Notes: a model not told the origin generated them from the sequence alone. Numbered from the stretch's first letter, positions 34,420 to 44,529 are shown. The stretch is 64,000 bases of DNA from an uncultured delta proteobacterium (GCA_963708295.1 CAVPSJ010000015.1:32001-96000), one strand, 5' to 3'. Numbers and translations: made by a program.

Positions 34420-34719
34420 CTAAAAGAGATCCTTCAAAGCGTGTGCGGCAGTATAAACGCATCCTGCCCCGCTAATGTATTGGGCTACCCTCAACGTCTC
34501 CATGATCTCTTCTCTTGTAGCTCCGGCCTTTATTGCCTGCTGAGTCAAAGATCTGGTCCCCTCAACGGTTCCATGCGATGCATCGAGGGCCATCGCCATG
34601 AGGAGCTTAACCTTCGTGGACAAAGCCCCATCGGCAAGGGCCAGCGTGTGGGTGGCTTCAACGTTCCTAAATAACTCCGGGTCGAGCTTCTCGATTATCT
34701 TTAAAGGGCTCTCAGCCAT
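34420..34719 (-). CDS. carboxymuconolactone decarboxylase family protein (no CxxC)
   Basis: 'DGALSTKVKLLMAMALDA', 'GATREEIMETL'; RBS aggagg. Confidence 0.85.
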   Translation of the reverse strand: MAESPLKIIEKLDPELFRNVEATHTLALADGALSTKVKLLMAMALDASHGTVEGTRSLTQQAIKAGATREEIMETLRVAQYISGAGCVYTAAHALKDLF

Positions 34720-34869
34720 GAGGATAACCTCCTTTCAGAATGGTTTGAGTTTTGAGCTTCACACTTTTTTTGTTTCTTGGGTCAGCGCGGGCTGCAACGA
34801 ATGTAAGAAAGGATGGTTCATGGCCAAACTACCTTTTTAAGAGGTAGAGGGAGGTGGGGTTGCGGGCCC

Positions 34870-35046
34870 TCACTTTTTCGTGTTTCTTATGTTTGGCAAC
34901 CGGCCCATTTTTACTAACTGCCGGTTTTCCAGAATGACCTGGTCGACAATCTCTCCGCAGATAACACATTTCCATCCCCAGAAATGCTCATGGGGGCCGT
35001 AAAATTTATGATAAATCATGACACTATTACAGCGAAAACACTTCAT
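34870..35046 (-). CDS. small zinc-ribbon hypothetical protein
   Basis: MKCFRC...W.CVICGEIVD.VILENR. Confidence 0.65.
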   Translation of the reverse strand: MKCFRCNSVMIYHKFYGPHEHFWGWKCVICGEIVDQVILENRQLVKMGRLPNIRNTKK

Positions 35047-35354
35047 GACGAAATTTTCCCTCGATGTGATGTATGGAGTGATTATAGATAGAAGTGATCC
35101 GGGGATTAAATAGGGTAAATGCTGTATTTTACAGTGAAAAAGATTGTATTTTTCTAAGACACAGGATGATGAGAATAAAGTTGGTAGGTTTTTCTGCACG
35201 GGAAAGACAGGCAGGCTGGTGAATCAATCGAATCGAAGAATGTCCTTGGAAAGGCCTTTGGATGACTACAAGGACGCGACCGGGATCAAAGCAGATGCGG
35301 GTGGGATAAGGGAGAGGAAGGACGTGTTCCCCCCCGGTCAATCAGAAGGTGGCA

Positions 35355-35954
35355 TCAATTTCTCTGAAGTCTGAACCAGACCTGCGCATCATAAGGCACC
35401 CGTCCCGGATACATTTCTCCTTGATAAAAGGGCACCTCACGAAAACCTCCGACGAGGACTTTCTCGACCGTCACACCAGTGACTCTGTATCCACTTTTCT
35501 TAAGAACCGTCTCGAGTTGTACCGTCAACTCGTTCCTGAATAAGAGTTGAGACGCATATTGATTGATGTCCACGGCTGCGGGTTTCCCTTTCTTCGAATC
35601 CCATCCACGATCACGGTAGGCGGTTATTGCCAGATATTGAGACAGCCACGGATAGTCGATCAGCCTGCCGATGGATAACGAGGAATAATTGCCTTCGAGC
35701 TTTGGCAATTCGGTCTTTAGAAAGGCCGCCCTGAGCGCCGACAACATTGCATCTCTGTCGATTTGGCAACCCTTGTATTCGGGGTGATGCGCACGCAATC
35801 GTAAGGTGTGTCCTTTATCATTTGATTCAACGGCAAGCGAGCATTCCCTCACGTTCAACGAAATGATCACATTTTCTTGAGACGCTGCTATTGTACCGTA
35901 TAGGGAAGAAACCAGAATCAAGCCGATGGCATAAGCCGACCCTCTGTTTGTCAT
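35355..35954 (-). CDS. hypothetical secreted protein
   Basis: Signal-peptide-like N-terminus; co-oriented downstream of the kinase. Confidence 0.6.
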   Translation of the reverse strand: MTNRGSAYAIGLILVSSLYGTIAASQENVIISLNVRECSLAVESNDKGHTLRLRAHHPEYKGCQIDRDAMLSALRAAFLKTELPKLEGNYSSLSIGRLIDYPWLSQYLAITAYRDRGWDSKKGKPAAVDINQYASQLLFRNELTVQLETVLKKSGYRVTGVTVEKVLVGGFREVPFYQGEMYPGRVPYDAQVWFRLQRN

Positions 35955-36031
35955 CCTTCTGGCACAGACACTCTATTTTTTTCCCGACTCTGTCTTTATT
36001 CTATTTTGTCTTTACGGTACCGGCTGACGTT

Positions 36032-37489
36032 TTATGCTGCGGATACCTTGTCTGGTGTGACGGGCAGATCAATGGTGAATGATGCCCCTCCGCTCGGATT
36101 GTTTGCAGCGCGAATGCTTCCCCCGTGCTGTTCGACGAGGCGTCTCGTAATGGAGAGCCCCAATCCCGTCCCTTTCGACTTCGTCGTAAAAAAAGGCTGG
36201 AAGATTTTGTCGGTGATGTTCTGGTCGATTCCGCTGCCGGTGTCCCTGATCGCTACCTGCAGAAACATCGAGGCTTCTTCATGGGAGGTCTCAACCGTGA
36301 GCGTGCCGCCGTTCGGCATCGCGTCGGCTGCGTTCAGAAGAAGATTCATGAAGACCTGCTGCAACTGGATAGGATCGGCCAAGGTTTTCGGGAGATGGGG
36401 ATCGAAGTTTCTCACGATCGACAGGCCCCTTGGTTTCTTCGATAGAAACAGCGGATGCTTTTCCGCCAGAGAAATCGTTTTCTCGAAAACCTCATTGACG
36501 TCGATCAGCAGGAAATTCGGTTTGGGCGGCTGCGCGAAATTGAGGAGGCTCCTGAGGAGGGATTCGATCCGCTCGGTCTGCCCGACCATTTTCAGCAGGA
36601 CATCCCTGTGTTCCTCGGAGATCGCCGGATTGGTTGAAAGAACCTGGGCTGCCCCCTTGATCCCGCCGATGGGATTCATCATTTCATGAGCCAGTCCGCC
36701 CGACAGTTCTCCGAGCACGACGATCTGTTCTGCCCACTGCATCCTGAGATAGTGCTCCTTGAGGGAAGACGCCATCTCATTGAACGCCGCCGCCACTTCT
36801 CCATACTCGTCCTTCAATCCTTCGATCCGGTAGTTCAACTCGCCGGCCTTCAGCTGTTGCGTTGCGGTAACGAGGACATCGACCGGTCTTGTAAAGCCCC
36901 TGAAAAAAAGGGCAGCCAGGGAGAGCACCGCGAGGGGTACCACCACGAGGATCAGGTAGAGAAGGTTTTTTGTATGGGTGATGTCCTTAAGGGCAGCCTG
37001 TGTCCGCTCATTGAGTTTCCGGTTTGTCATCGTGGTGAGGCTATCCGCTTCCGAGATCAGCTCCATGCCCAATCGATAGGCGATGTCCTCTTCCGCTTCC
37101 AGCCTGCTCTTGTTTGCCCGAAGGGTAAACACTCTGCCCAAAGCACCCTTATACTGTTCGACCTGATTTTTCAGGTCATTGAGTCTCATCACAACACTTT
37201 CGGAATGGTGACAGCTAAAACAGTTGTTCAGCGCGGTATTCATGGTCTGAACGTGAGACACGATCGTATCAATACTCTGCGCGTGGCGGGTGTTTTTGAG
37301 GTAGAGATCGGATTGCGCCCTCTTGAGTTCTATCAGGAGGTGTTCGCGAAGGATCTCGATCCGGTGGAGCCTGAGAAGATTATCGACTTCGCTTGCGGCT
37401 TGCTCGATCGTCACGGCAATATAGATCCCGCCCAGAAGAAAAAGCAGGGAGAAGGCGCTCAAGGCGATGATGATCTTTCGTTTCATCAC
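36032..37489 (-). CDS. membrane sensor histidine kinase (HAMP, NtrB-like) with a periplasmic CxxCH motif
   Basis: Two TM segments with CFSCH between them; HAMP; 'LAHEMMNP', 'NLLLNAADAM', 'FFTTKSKGTGLGL'. Confidence 0.9.
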   Translation of the reverse strand: MMKRKIIIALSAFSLLFLLGGIYIAVTIEQAASEVDNLLRLHRIEILREHLLIELKRAQSDLYLKNTRHAQSIDTIVSHVQTMNTALNNCFSCHHSESVVMRLNDLKNQVEQYKGALGRVFTLRANKSRLEAEEDIAYRLGMELISEADSLTTMTNRKLNERTQAALKDITHTKNLLYLILVVVPLAVLSLAALFFRGFTRPVDVLVTATQQLKAGELNYRIEGLKDEYGEVAAAFNEMASSLKEHYLRMQWAEQIVVLGELSGGLAHEMMNPIGGIKGAAQVLSTNPAISEEHRDVLLKMVGQTERIESLLRSLLNFAQPPKPNFLLIDVNEVFEKTISLAEKHPLFLSKKPRGLSIVRNFDPHLPKTLADPIQLQQVFMNLLLNAADAMPNGGTLTVETSHEEASMFLQVAIRDTGSGIDQNITDKIFQPFFTTKSKGTGLGLSITRRLVEQHGGSIRAANNPSGGASFTIDLPVTPDKVSAA

Positions 37490-38457
37490 TCGTTCGCGTA
37501 ATCGTAGGTGGCGAGGTTCAACCCTATCTCGCGTGCGTAGAGGTACACCGGCTGGTAATCCGCATCATTCGTTTCGATAAACTTTCGGACGCCGAAAGCC
37601 GCTAAGATCCCGGCTCCCTCCGGGTCTTCGTGCATCGTGAGGAGCGCTTCCCTCAGTTTCTTCTTCAGAGACCCGTCGAGACCTTTTCTCACGGCCAGTC
37701 CGTTCTCGGGCACTTCAGGAGAGCGTTCCAGAATCACCAGTTCCTTATTCACCCTGTCATCAGATGCGGCCAGTCTTTCATAGATGGTGTTTTTTGCCGC
37801 TCCGATTTCGGCTTTTCTGTTGAGAACATCCAGGATGGCATCCTCGTGCGTACCTGCAAAATAGCTCTCCTTCAAAAAGGTCCTGTAATCTTTCCCGTGT
37901 TTCTTAAAATAGGCGAGGGGGAGGAGATATCCTGCCGTCGTCCCATTGTCGACAAAGGCGAACCGTTTCCCCTTCATCTGGTCTACGGATTTGATGCGGC
38001 TGTCTTTTCTGACGAAGATGAGGCCGTGATACATCGAGCTACCCTTCAGGTCCACCGGCCTCGCGAGCATTTCGGCGCCAACCCTCGAATGGGCCAGCGC
38101 GTAAGTAAAACTTCCGAAGAAAGCGCCATCCATCCCAGTGGAAGTGAAGCTGTCAATAATCTTCCCGTACCGGGGAAGAACCGTCAGGCGGATCGTCGTG
38201 CCAGTCTTTCTTGAAAGGTAATTGGCAAGCGGTTCGTAGCGTTCTATCTGTTTGAAAATATTCTGTTCCGGGATGAGGCCGATCCGGAAAATTTTTTCGT
38301 GCTCCGGCTCAGCCGCGGTTTTTTTCGAGGATGCCGGTTCGGTCCGCTCACAACCTGGGGCGAGCAAAAGGATCAGCAGAAAGCAGAATGGAACGACGAG
38401 CCTGTTCATAAATCCCCTCGACATATTAATAGAAAAAGGATGCTCTGTAAATGACAA
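37486..38457 (-). CDS. PhnD/PtxB-like phosphate/phosphite/phosphonate-binding lipoprotein
   Basis: 'IGLIPEQN', 'Y.G.IFVRKDS.I.S...MKGKRFAFVD..TTAGYL.P', 'FAGTHED'; lipobox PGC; 4-nt overlap with the kinase; start may be further downstream. Confidence 0.88.
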   Translation of the reverse strand: MSFTEHPFSINMSRGFMNRLVVPFCFLLILLLAPGCERTEPASSKKTAAEPEHEKIFRIGLIPEQNIFKQIERYEPLANYLSRKTGTTIRLTVLPRYGKIIDSFTSTGMDGAFFGSFTYALAHSRVGAEMLARPVDLKGSSMYHGLIFVRKDSRIKSVDQMKGKRFAFVDNGTTAGYLLPLAYFKKHGKDYRTFLKESYFAGTHEDAILDVLNRKAEIGAAKNTIYERLAASDDRVNKELVILERSPEVPENGLAVRKGLDGSLKKKLREALLTMHEDPEGAGILAAFGVRKFIETNDADYQPVYLYAREIGLNLATYDYANE

Positions 38458-38579
38458 TTCTGCAACCGCAGGATAAGAACGGAGGTTTCAGGCTAAATAA
38501 GGTATTCACTGATCGATAGGCCCCTCGTTGAAAAAGGGGAGATTGCTTCAGTTTTCCCGCAACGACAGTTTCTAGATCG

Positions 38580-38641
38580 TCGCCGAAGTCTCGGGCCGAA
38601 GGCAATCTAGGCCTTCAGGTCGGGGAGTCGAGGGGGTTGAC
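38580..38641. repeat. dispersed repeat copy ending in an IS200/IS605-like terminus (ggggttgac)
   Basis: Similar to 6346-6392; IS-end assignment is inference. Confidence 0.5.
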
Positions 38642-38736
38642 TTTCAGGGAGAGGGTAACAATATTTTTATAGAGAAGCGTTTTTTACCTCCAAGATGGGA
38701 GTTGGCTTTCAAGTTGAAATAAGGGAGATGATTTCG

Positions 38737-39558
38737 ATGAAATACTCATTTTCATGTCCGGCAACGTGTAATTACGAAATAACGGTTGATGCAAACAATG
38801 ATGACGAGGCATTGGCTAAGATCGTCGCGGAAGGTGCGGTCCATGGCAGACAAGTTCATCCGGACGTGCTCTCAATGACCGAGGAGCAATTGAAAAGCGC
38901 GGTTCGGTCGGGCATCGTGAAGGCAGGGTCGAGTGTGAAGTCATTCATAGGAGGACTTCTTGCTTTTTGGTTCGTCCTCGTTTTCCTCCTCGGCATGGAG
39001 GGGATGTTCGCCCGGCCGCCGGAGTCGCCGCCGTTTCCAATCTTGTTTGGCTTTGCCATTCCCCTGATCGTGTTCGCTGTCGCCTATATGGGATCCGAGG
39101 CGTTCCGGGCGCTGGTTCTGGGTGCCGACCTCCGGTTTTTGACTGCGACCCAGGGTTGGAGAGCCGGTGGGCTGGGTTTTCTCGCTCTGTATGCGCAGGG
39201 TGTCCTGCCGGGCCTATTTGCCTGGCCCGCAGGGATGGGCGACATTGCGATCGGAGTCACCGCACCTTGGGTGGCGCTCGCCCTTGTCCGCCGGTCCACC
39301 TTTGCGGCCAGCCCTCAATTCGTAGCCTGGAACCTCTTCGGGATCCTGGATCTCATTGTTGCGGTCAGCACCGGGGTGCTTAGCTCGGGCTTCATCGCAG
39401 GACTCGCCGGAAACGTGACGACCGCCCCGATGGCGCAGATGCCGCTCGTGCTCATACCGGCGTTTTTCGTTCCGTTGTTCATCATGTTTCACGTCGCAGC
39501 GCTCCTTCAGGCACGGAGAAACTTGCTTCCTGAAGGAAGCCGGTGGGCTTCGCCATGA
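38737..39558 (+). CDS. DUF1059-like N-terminal domain fused to a multi-pass membrane protein
   Basis: MKYSFSCP..C.YE...ANNDDEAL.....H....H, followed by about six TM segments with 'LPGLFAWPAG.GDIAIG' and 'WNLFGILDL'. Confidence 0.7.
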   Translation: MKYSFSCPATCNYEITVDANNDDEALAKIVAEGAVHGRQVHPDVLSMTEEQLKSAVRSGIVKAGSSVKSFIGGLLAFWFVLVFLLGMEGMFARPPESPPFPILFGFAIPLIVFAVAYMGSEAFRALVLGADLRFLTATQGWRAGGLGFLALYAQGVLPGLFAWPAGMGDIAIGVTAPWVALALVRRSTFAASPQFVAWNLFGILDLIVAVSTGVLSSGFIAGLAGNVTTAPMAQMPLVLIPAFFVPLFIMFHVAALLQARRNLLPEGSRWASP

Positions 39559-39854
39559 AATATTTTTTGCTCAAACTGTTTCCACCGAGACCCACTTTCG
39601 CCCGTGATATGACAGACAAGGAAGCGACGCTGATGCAGGAACATGTCGTCTACTGGACGGGTTTGATGGATAAGGGGCTCGTCATCGTTTTCGGTCCGGT
39701 CGCCGATCCTAAAGGAACCTATGGGGTCGCCATCCTGGAAGTTGAAGAAGAGGTGGATGTCAACGCGCTCGGGATGAACGACCCGACGATGAAAGCCAAC
39801 GTAGGCTTTCAGTTTGAAGTTTATCCAATGGGTCGAGCTATAATAAGAGAGTGA
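39555..39854 (+). CDS. YciI-family protein
   Basis: 'PPRPTF..DMT..E...M.EH..YW', 'FGPV.DP.G..G', 'DP'. Confidence 0.85.
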   Translation: MKYFLLKLFPPRPTFARDMTDKEATLMQEHVVYWTGLMDKGLVIVFGPVADPKGTYGVAILEVEEEVDVNALGMNDPTMKANVGFQFEVYPMGRAIIRE

Positions 39855-39908
39855 GCCTGGCGGGAATTAGCTCGACGGATGTTCCTAGTTTGAGAAAGGA
39901 GGGAGACC

Positions 39909-40337
39909 ATGCCCGATATTTTGCACAGGGTCGGAATCAAATCCACACCCAAAAAGGTTTTCGAAGCGCTTTCGACGATTGATGGGCTTTCTCATTGGTG
40001 GATCGTGGACACGAAAGGGAAAGCTAAACAAGGGGGGATTATTCTCTTCGGGTTCGCCGACATGAGAGTCATGGAGTTAAAGCCTAATAAACGGGTGAAA
40101 TGGAAATGCGTGAGGGGACCGAAGGCGTGGGTGGGTACAGACCTGACCTTTGAATTAAGAGCCGAAAAGGATCAAACTATTGTCCTATTCACGCACGCCA
40201 ACTGGAAAAAGCCCGTCGAATTTATGTACCATTGCAGTACCAAGTGGGCGACATTTCTTTTAAGCTTGAAGGATTGGATAGAAAGGGACGAAGGTCGTCC
40301 CTCCCCTTACGATATCAAACTCCACGTTGGCGATTAG
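39909..40337 (+). CDS. SRPBCC (START/AHSA1-like) domain protein
   Basis: 'MPDILHRVGI...VFEAL.T.DGL..WW', 'W.C..GP..W.GT', 'HCSTKW..FL.SLK'. Confidence 0.88.
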   Translation: MPDILHRVGIKSTPKKVFEALSTIDGLSHWWIVDTKGKAKQGGIILFGFADMRVMELKPNKRVKWKCVRGPKAWVGTDLTFELRAEKDQTIVLFTHANWKKPVEFMYHCSTKWATFLLSLKDWIERDEGRPSPYDIKLHVGD

Positions 40338-40701
40338 CGGGTTGCTGAAAAATGGCTGGGGAGGGAGCGTATTACTCTGGTGCTCCTCTGAACAGGCTTG
40401 TCAAAAACAGGATTCCCAGTGCGGGGCCGGTGATAGGTTTATGAGGCTTGAGCAAAGATAAGAGGTTTTTCGTGCGTTTTTTTCGGCGGATGACGTTTTT
40501 TACCAGAAAACGAAAGCCAAAATCGCCCCGTAACCGGTTCCTCTCAATGACTTCCCGAGTGTCTCTTGTTCTTTCTTCTCAAATACCTCCAAAATGATCT
40601 TCGGTGCCCAATACGCCAAAATCTCTGAAATGCGATTGCCTCGCCTTTTTCAGAGTGAGTGACTCATTCTAAAGAGGAGGTTGTTTCCAGCGATCCTGTG
40701 A

Positions 40702-41863
40702 TCAGGCGATCATTTTGAAAGCTTGGTCAAAATCGGCGATCAAGTCGTCGATATGCTCGATTCCTACGGAGACCCGAATCAACGAATCGGTTAACCCGAC
40801 CTGTTCCCGGACCTCCTTAGGAACCGAAGCATGGGTCATCAGGGCAGGATGTTCGATGAGAGATTCCACACCTCCCAGGCTCTCAGCCAAAGCAAAAACT
40901 CTTAGACTTTCCAAGAACCGTTCGGCTTCGTCCAGTCCTCCTTTGATCTCGAACGAGAGCATGCCTCCGCATCCCGTGGCCTGGCGATTGGCTAACGTAT
41001 GCTGCGGGTGACTTTCCAATCCAGGGTAATTGACCTTTTTTACTTTGGGATGTTCCTCCAGATAGCTGGCAAGGCGCAGGGCGTTCCGCTCATGTTCCCT
41101 CATCCTTACAGAGAGCGTCTTTATCCCTCTCAAGACTAAAAAACTATCGAAAGGGGACAAGATGGCCCCCATCGCGTTTTGATTGAATTTTAGCTGTCGA
41201 TAGAGGTCTTCATCCGAAAGCATGACGGCCCCGCCCACGGAATCGCTGTGTCCATTCAGATATTTGGTGGAGCTATGAACCACCGCCGTTGCCCCCAGGC
41301 GGAGGGGTTTCTGAAAATAGGGGGAGAGAAAGGTATTGTCCACCACCACCCGGATATTTGCCTCCCGGGCAATTTCGGCAATGGCGGCAATGTCACAGAT
41401 TTTCATCAGGGGGTTGGTCGGTGATTCCAGCCAAATCAATCGGGTGCTGCTGCGGATTGCCTCTCTGATGCGCTGAGGATCCCGGGCATCCACATAAGTC
41501 ACTTCTACCTTGAAATGGAGGTCCAGGATCCGGTTGAACAGCCTCCGGGTTCCTCCGTAGAGATCATCAAAGGCCAGGACATGGTCGCCCGTGCGAAGAA
41601 GAGTGATGGCCAGGGTGCTCTCTGCCGCCATGCCGGAAGCGAAAGCCAGATCCGAAGGCAGCATCTTCAAGAACGGCTAATTTCTTTTCAAGGGCCTCCC
41701 GGGTGGGATTTCCGGTTCTGCTGTACTCATAGCCTCGCGTCGGTTCATTGATTTTTTTCCTTGCAAAGGTCGAAGAAAGGTGGATGGGAACAACCACATC
41801 TCCGGAACCCCTCTCCAGATCCGGTTCTTCTCCCACGTGAATCGCCTTGGTTTCAAATTCCAT
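40702..41863 (-). CDS. cystathionine gamma-lyase/synthase (PLP; frameshift near 41650)
   Basis: 'YEYSRTGNPTR', 'FASGMAA', 'ESPTNP', 'VVDNTF', 'HSSTKYLNGHSD', 'AESLGGVESL'. Confidence 0.92.
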
Positions 41864-42851
41864 CGTTCTCCCCCTCCTTTAGGAATCCGTTCTTGCTCAT
41901 CCATTCGTCATTGTATATCTTGCTGCGGTAGCGATCGCCGGAGTCGGGCAGAATGACAACGATTTGCTTGTCAGGATCGACAGAGGCAGCGAGCTTTAAC
42001 GCTGCCCATATGGCACTTCCACTCGACCCTCCGGCAAAAATTCCCTCTTCTCTGGCCAGTCTTCTGGCCATGAGGAAAGAATTCTTATCGTTCACCTGAA
42101 TGATATCGTCGATCAGGCTGAAATCAACAGCTTTCACTAAGTAGTCCTCGCCGATTCCTTCTACCTGATAGACGTGGGGGCGTGGCAATTTTCCGGTTTT
42201 GAAATATTCGTAGAAAACCGAGCCTTTGGGGTCGACAGCAATGACTTTGGTATTCGTTTTTTTCTCCTTCAGGTACTTTCCGGCTCCGCTCAGGGTGCCG
42301 CCGGTTCCGATGCCTGCCACCAGATAATCGATCTGCCCTCCGGTCTGTTCCCAGATTTCCGGTCCGGTGGTATGGTAATGGGCCTCGATATTCTTAGGGT
42401 TGTTGTATTGATCCGGGTACCAGGCCTTCGGCGTTTGGGCAGCGATTCTTCTGGCGACGCTGTAATAACTTTGAGGAGAATCGGGAGGAACGTCCGTTGG
42501 AGTAACAATGACCTCTGCCCCGAGGGCCATCATAAAGTTTTTCTTTTCATCACTCATTTTATCCGGCATGGTAATGATGCATCGGTATCCCTTCACTGCG
42601 GCGATCATCGCCAGGGCAGCGCCGGTATTGCCCGAGGAACCCTCCACGATCGTGCCGCCGGGCTTCAACAGTCCGCTTCTTTCCGCATCCTCGACCATGT
42701 AAAGGGCCATGCGGTCTTTCACGCTGCCCGTGGGATTGAAATACTCCAGTTTTGCCCACAGAATAGGCCGGATATCCTTTGCGACGTGAACCAGCCGGAC
42801 CAGAGGCGTGTTTCCTACGGTGTCGAGTATATTTGGGGTTAGTTTCGCCAT
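41853..42851 (-). CDS. cystathionine beta-synthase / cysteine synthase family (no heme or CBS domain)
   Basis: 'KLEYFNPTGSVKDR', 'SSGNTG', 'GIGTGGT', 'YQVEGIGED', 'LPDSGDRY.SK.YND.WM'. Confidence 0.92.
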   Translation of the reverse strand: MAKLTPNILDTVGNTPLVRLVHVAKDIRPILWAKLEYFNPTGSVKDRMALYMVEDAERSGLLKPGGTIVEGSSGNTGAALAMIAAVKGYRCIITMPDKMSDEKKNFMMALGAEVIVTPTDVPPDSPQSYYSVARRIAAQTPKAWYPDQYNNPKNIEAHYHTTGPEIWEQTGGQIDYLVAGIGTGGTLSGAGKYLKEKKTNTKVIAVDPKGSVFYEYFKTGKLPRPHVYQVEGIGEDYLVKAVDFSLIDDIIQVNDKNSFLMARRLAREEGIFAGGSSGSAIWAALKLAASVDPDKQIVVILPDSGDRYRSKIYNDEWMSKNGFLKEGENDGI

Positions 42852-42928
42852 TTCTCGCCTCGATTTGATTCTAATACAAACGCATTAAAAATGAGATGCT
42901 CAAAAGATTTCATGACAAGAAAAGGTAT

Positions 42929-42954
42929 GTCATTCCGAACTTGTTTCGGAATCT
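42929..42954. repeat. REP-like palindrome
   Basis: gtcattccgaacttgtttcggaatct inverted repeat in an intergenic region. Confidence 0.5.
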
Positions 42955-43168
42955 CGACTTTGGGAATAACAACGAATTCATTGCGTTTGTAATAGTATAA
43001 ATCCAGTTGAATGTAGATGAGGTCGGAACGTGCTGTCGAAATGGGGTGTTTTTGATTTTGAAATAAAGTGTTTTCCCCATATACTTTTACGATCCACTCG
43101 AAGATAATGGTCCGAGTACTCGCAGGAAAGAGCTTTGGACACAAACCTTTAACGAAAGGAGACGATCT

Positions 43169-43717
43169 ATGGAAATGCATGAGGTCATCGCAAAGAGGAG
43201 GACCATTCGGGTTTTTAAGAAGAAAGCTTCGGAAGAGCAGATCAAGAAAATTATTCTGGCCGGCACCCAGGCGCCATCCGCCGGAAATTCTCAGCCCTGG
43301 GAGTTTATTATCATCGATGATCAAAAGACGATCGATCAGATTGCGGAACGGAAGTATCAGCTTAGCTTAACGATGCCTCCTCCCCCTGGCCAAGGACAGG
43401 ACAAAGTTCAAGAGAGGGCAGTCGGTCAGAGGAAATCATTCGAGAATGCGAGTGCTGTCGCAGTCTGCTATCAAGATGGGTCGTCGGCAAGTGCCTGGCT
43501 TTGCATCGAAAATATGTCTTTGGCTGCGGTTGCCGATGGGTTGGGAAGCGGGATCGTGGTCTTCTGGGGGGAGCAGGAGAAGGAGGTTAAGAAAATCCTT
43601 GGTATTCCAGAGGATTATGAGTTAGCGGCCGTTCTTAAGATCGGGGAGCCGGGGGAGAAGCCCTCTCCTCCTCCGAAGCGACCCGAATTCAGTTGGTTAC
43701 ACAAGAACAGGTTTTGA
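43169..43717 (+). CDS. nitroreductase family protein
   Basis: 'RRTIR.F', 'APSAGNSQPWEF', 'ENMSLAA...GLGS'. Confidence 0.92.
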   Translation: MEMHEVIAKRRTIRVFKKKASEEQIKKIILAGTQAPSAGNSQPWEFIIIDDQKTIDQIAERKYQLSLTMPPPPGQGQDKVQERAVGQRKSFENASAVAVCYQDGSSASAWLCIENMSLAAVADGLGSGIVVFWGEQEKEVKKILGIPEDYELAAVLKIGEPGEKPSPPPKRPEFSWLHKNRF

Positions 43718-43775
43718 TCGGGGAATATTTCGCCTATTGGGTTGGTTTTAGTGGAATAAAAATCATGGGGGAGGC

Positions 43776-44339
43776 TTATTTCTTCGAAACAAACGGATTT
43801 CCTTTGATGTAGAACCGCAAAAGCCTCTTTTGCCAGTGTTTGGCGTAGGCGACACCGACCCGCGGCCGCTTGACGATGGTCAAAGGCTCTTCTTCCGGCG
43901 GATCGGCGATATAGAAATCGTCGCTGACCAGGTCGTGTCCGTTGAGGCGCCTGTCGATGTGCATTGCCTTGCAGAGCAATCCAGGGCCCTGGGTTCGGCC
44001 ATCGATATTTTTCGCCGGCTCGACGGCCCGCAACAACACCGCGGATGCATGCCCTTCCTGTTCCGTCACGACATTCATGCAGTAGTACATGCCGTAGATC
44101 ATATAGACGTACGCATACCCAGGCGGACCGAACATGACTTTCGTTCGTTTGGTCAGGCCTTTCGCAGAATGCGCGGCGAGATCATGCGGCCCGAGGTAGG
44201 CCTCATCTTCCACGATCCTGCCGATGCGTTCCAGGCCGTCCGATAGGTGAACCAGGTATTTCCCGAGCAACTCCCTGGCCACGATGATCGTATCCCGGTC
44301 ATAGAATGCACGGTCCAGTCTTTGAAGATGTGCTCCCAT
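43776..44339 (-). CDS. mpg: DNA-3-methyladenine glycosylase (AAG/Mpg family)
   Basis: 'VARELLGK', 'GRIVE.EAY', 'MFGPPG.AYVY.IYG', 'AVLLRA.EP', 'GPG.LC'. Confidence 0.92.
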   Translation of the reverse strand: MGAHLQRLDRAFYDRDTIIVARELLGKYLVHLSDGLERIGRIVEDEAYLGPHDLAAHSAKGLTKRTKVMFGPPGYAYVYMIYGMYYCMNVVTEQEGHASAVLLRAVEPAKNIDGRTQGPGLLCKAMHIDRRLNGHDLVSDDFYIADPPEEEPLTIVKRPRVGVAYAKHWQKRLLRFYIKGNPFVSKK

Positions 44340-44399
44340 CAGTCTCATTTATCTATCTGCGAAATGACAGTGAAGTGATGAAGGTGGGAAAGGCTAATG

Positions 44400-44422
44400 T
44401 TGGAGCCCACGGACGGATTTGA
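44400..44422 (-). repeat. duplicated tRNA-Thr 3' end (att-site direct repeat)
   Basis: ttggagcccacggacggatttga is identical to 53558-53580. Confidence 0.9.
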
Positions 44423-44527
44423 CCGGCAAATTCCCCGTAAGCCCGCCTTGCAGGCGGGTACAGGTGAATCAATATAAATGAGATTTCGTCTCCGGGAAGC
44501 TCCTTCTTGTGGGGAGGGAGCCTTCAC
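44419..44527. repeat. short palindromic non-autonomous element (IS200/IS605-end-like)
   Basis: Begins TTGAC, contains hairpins cccgcc-ttgca-ggcggg and gctcc..ggagc, and ends TTCAC. Confidence 0.5.
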
Positions 44528-44529
44528 GT

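Noticed and set aside
40500-40640. Possible RelE/HigB-like toxin fragment (IILEVFEKK on the minus strand)
   Set aside because: Too short and degenerate to support a feature call.
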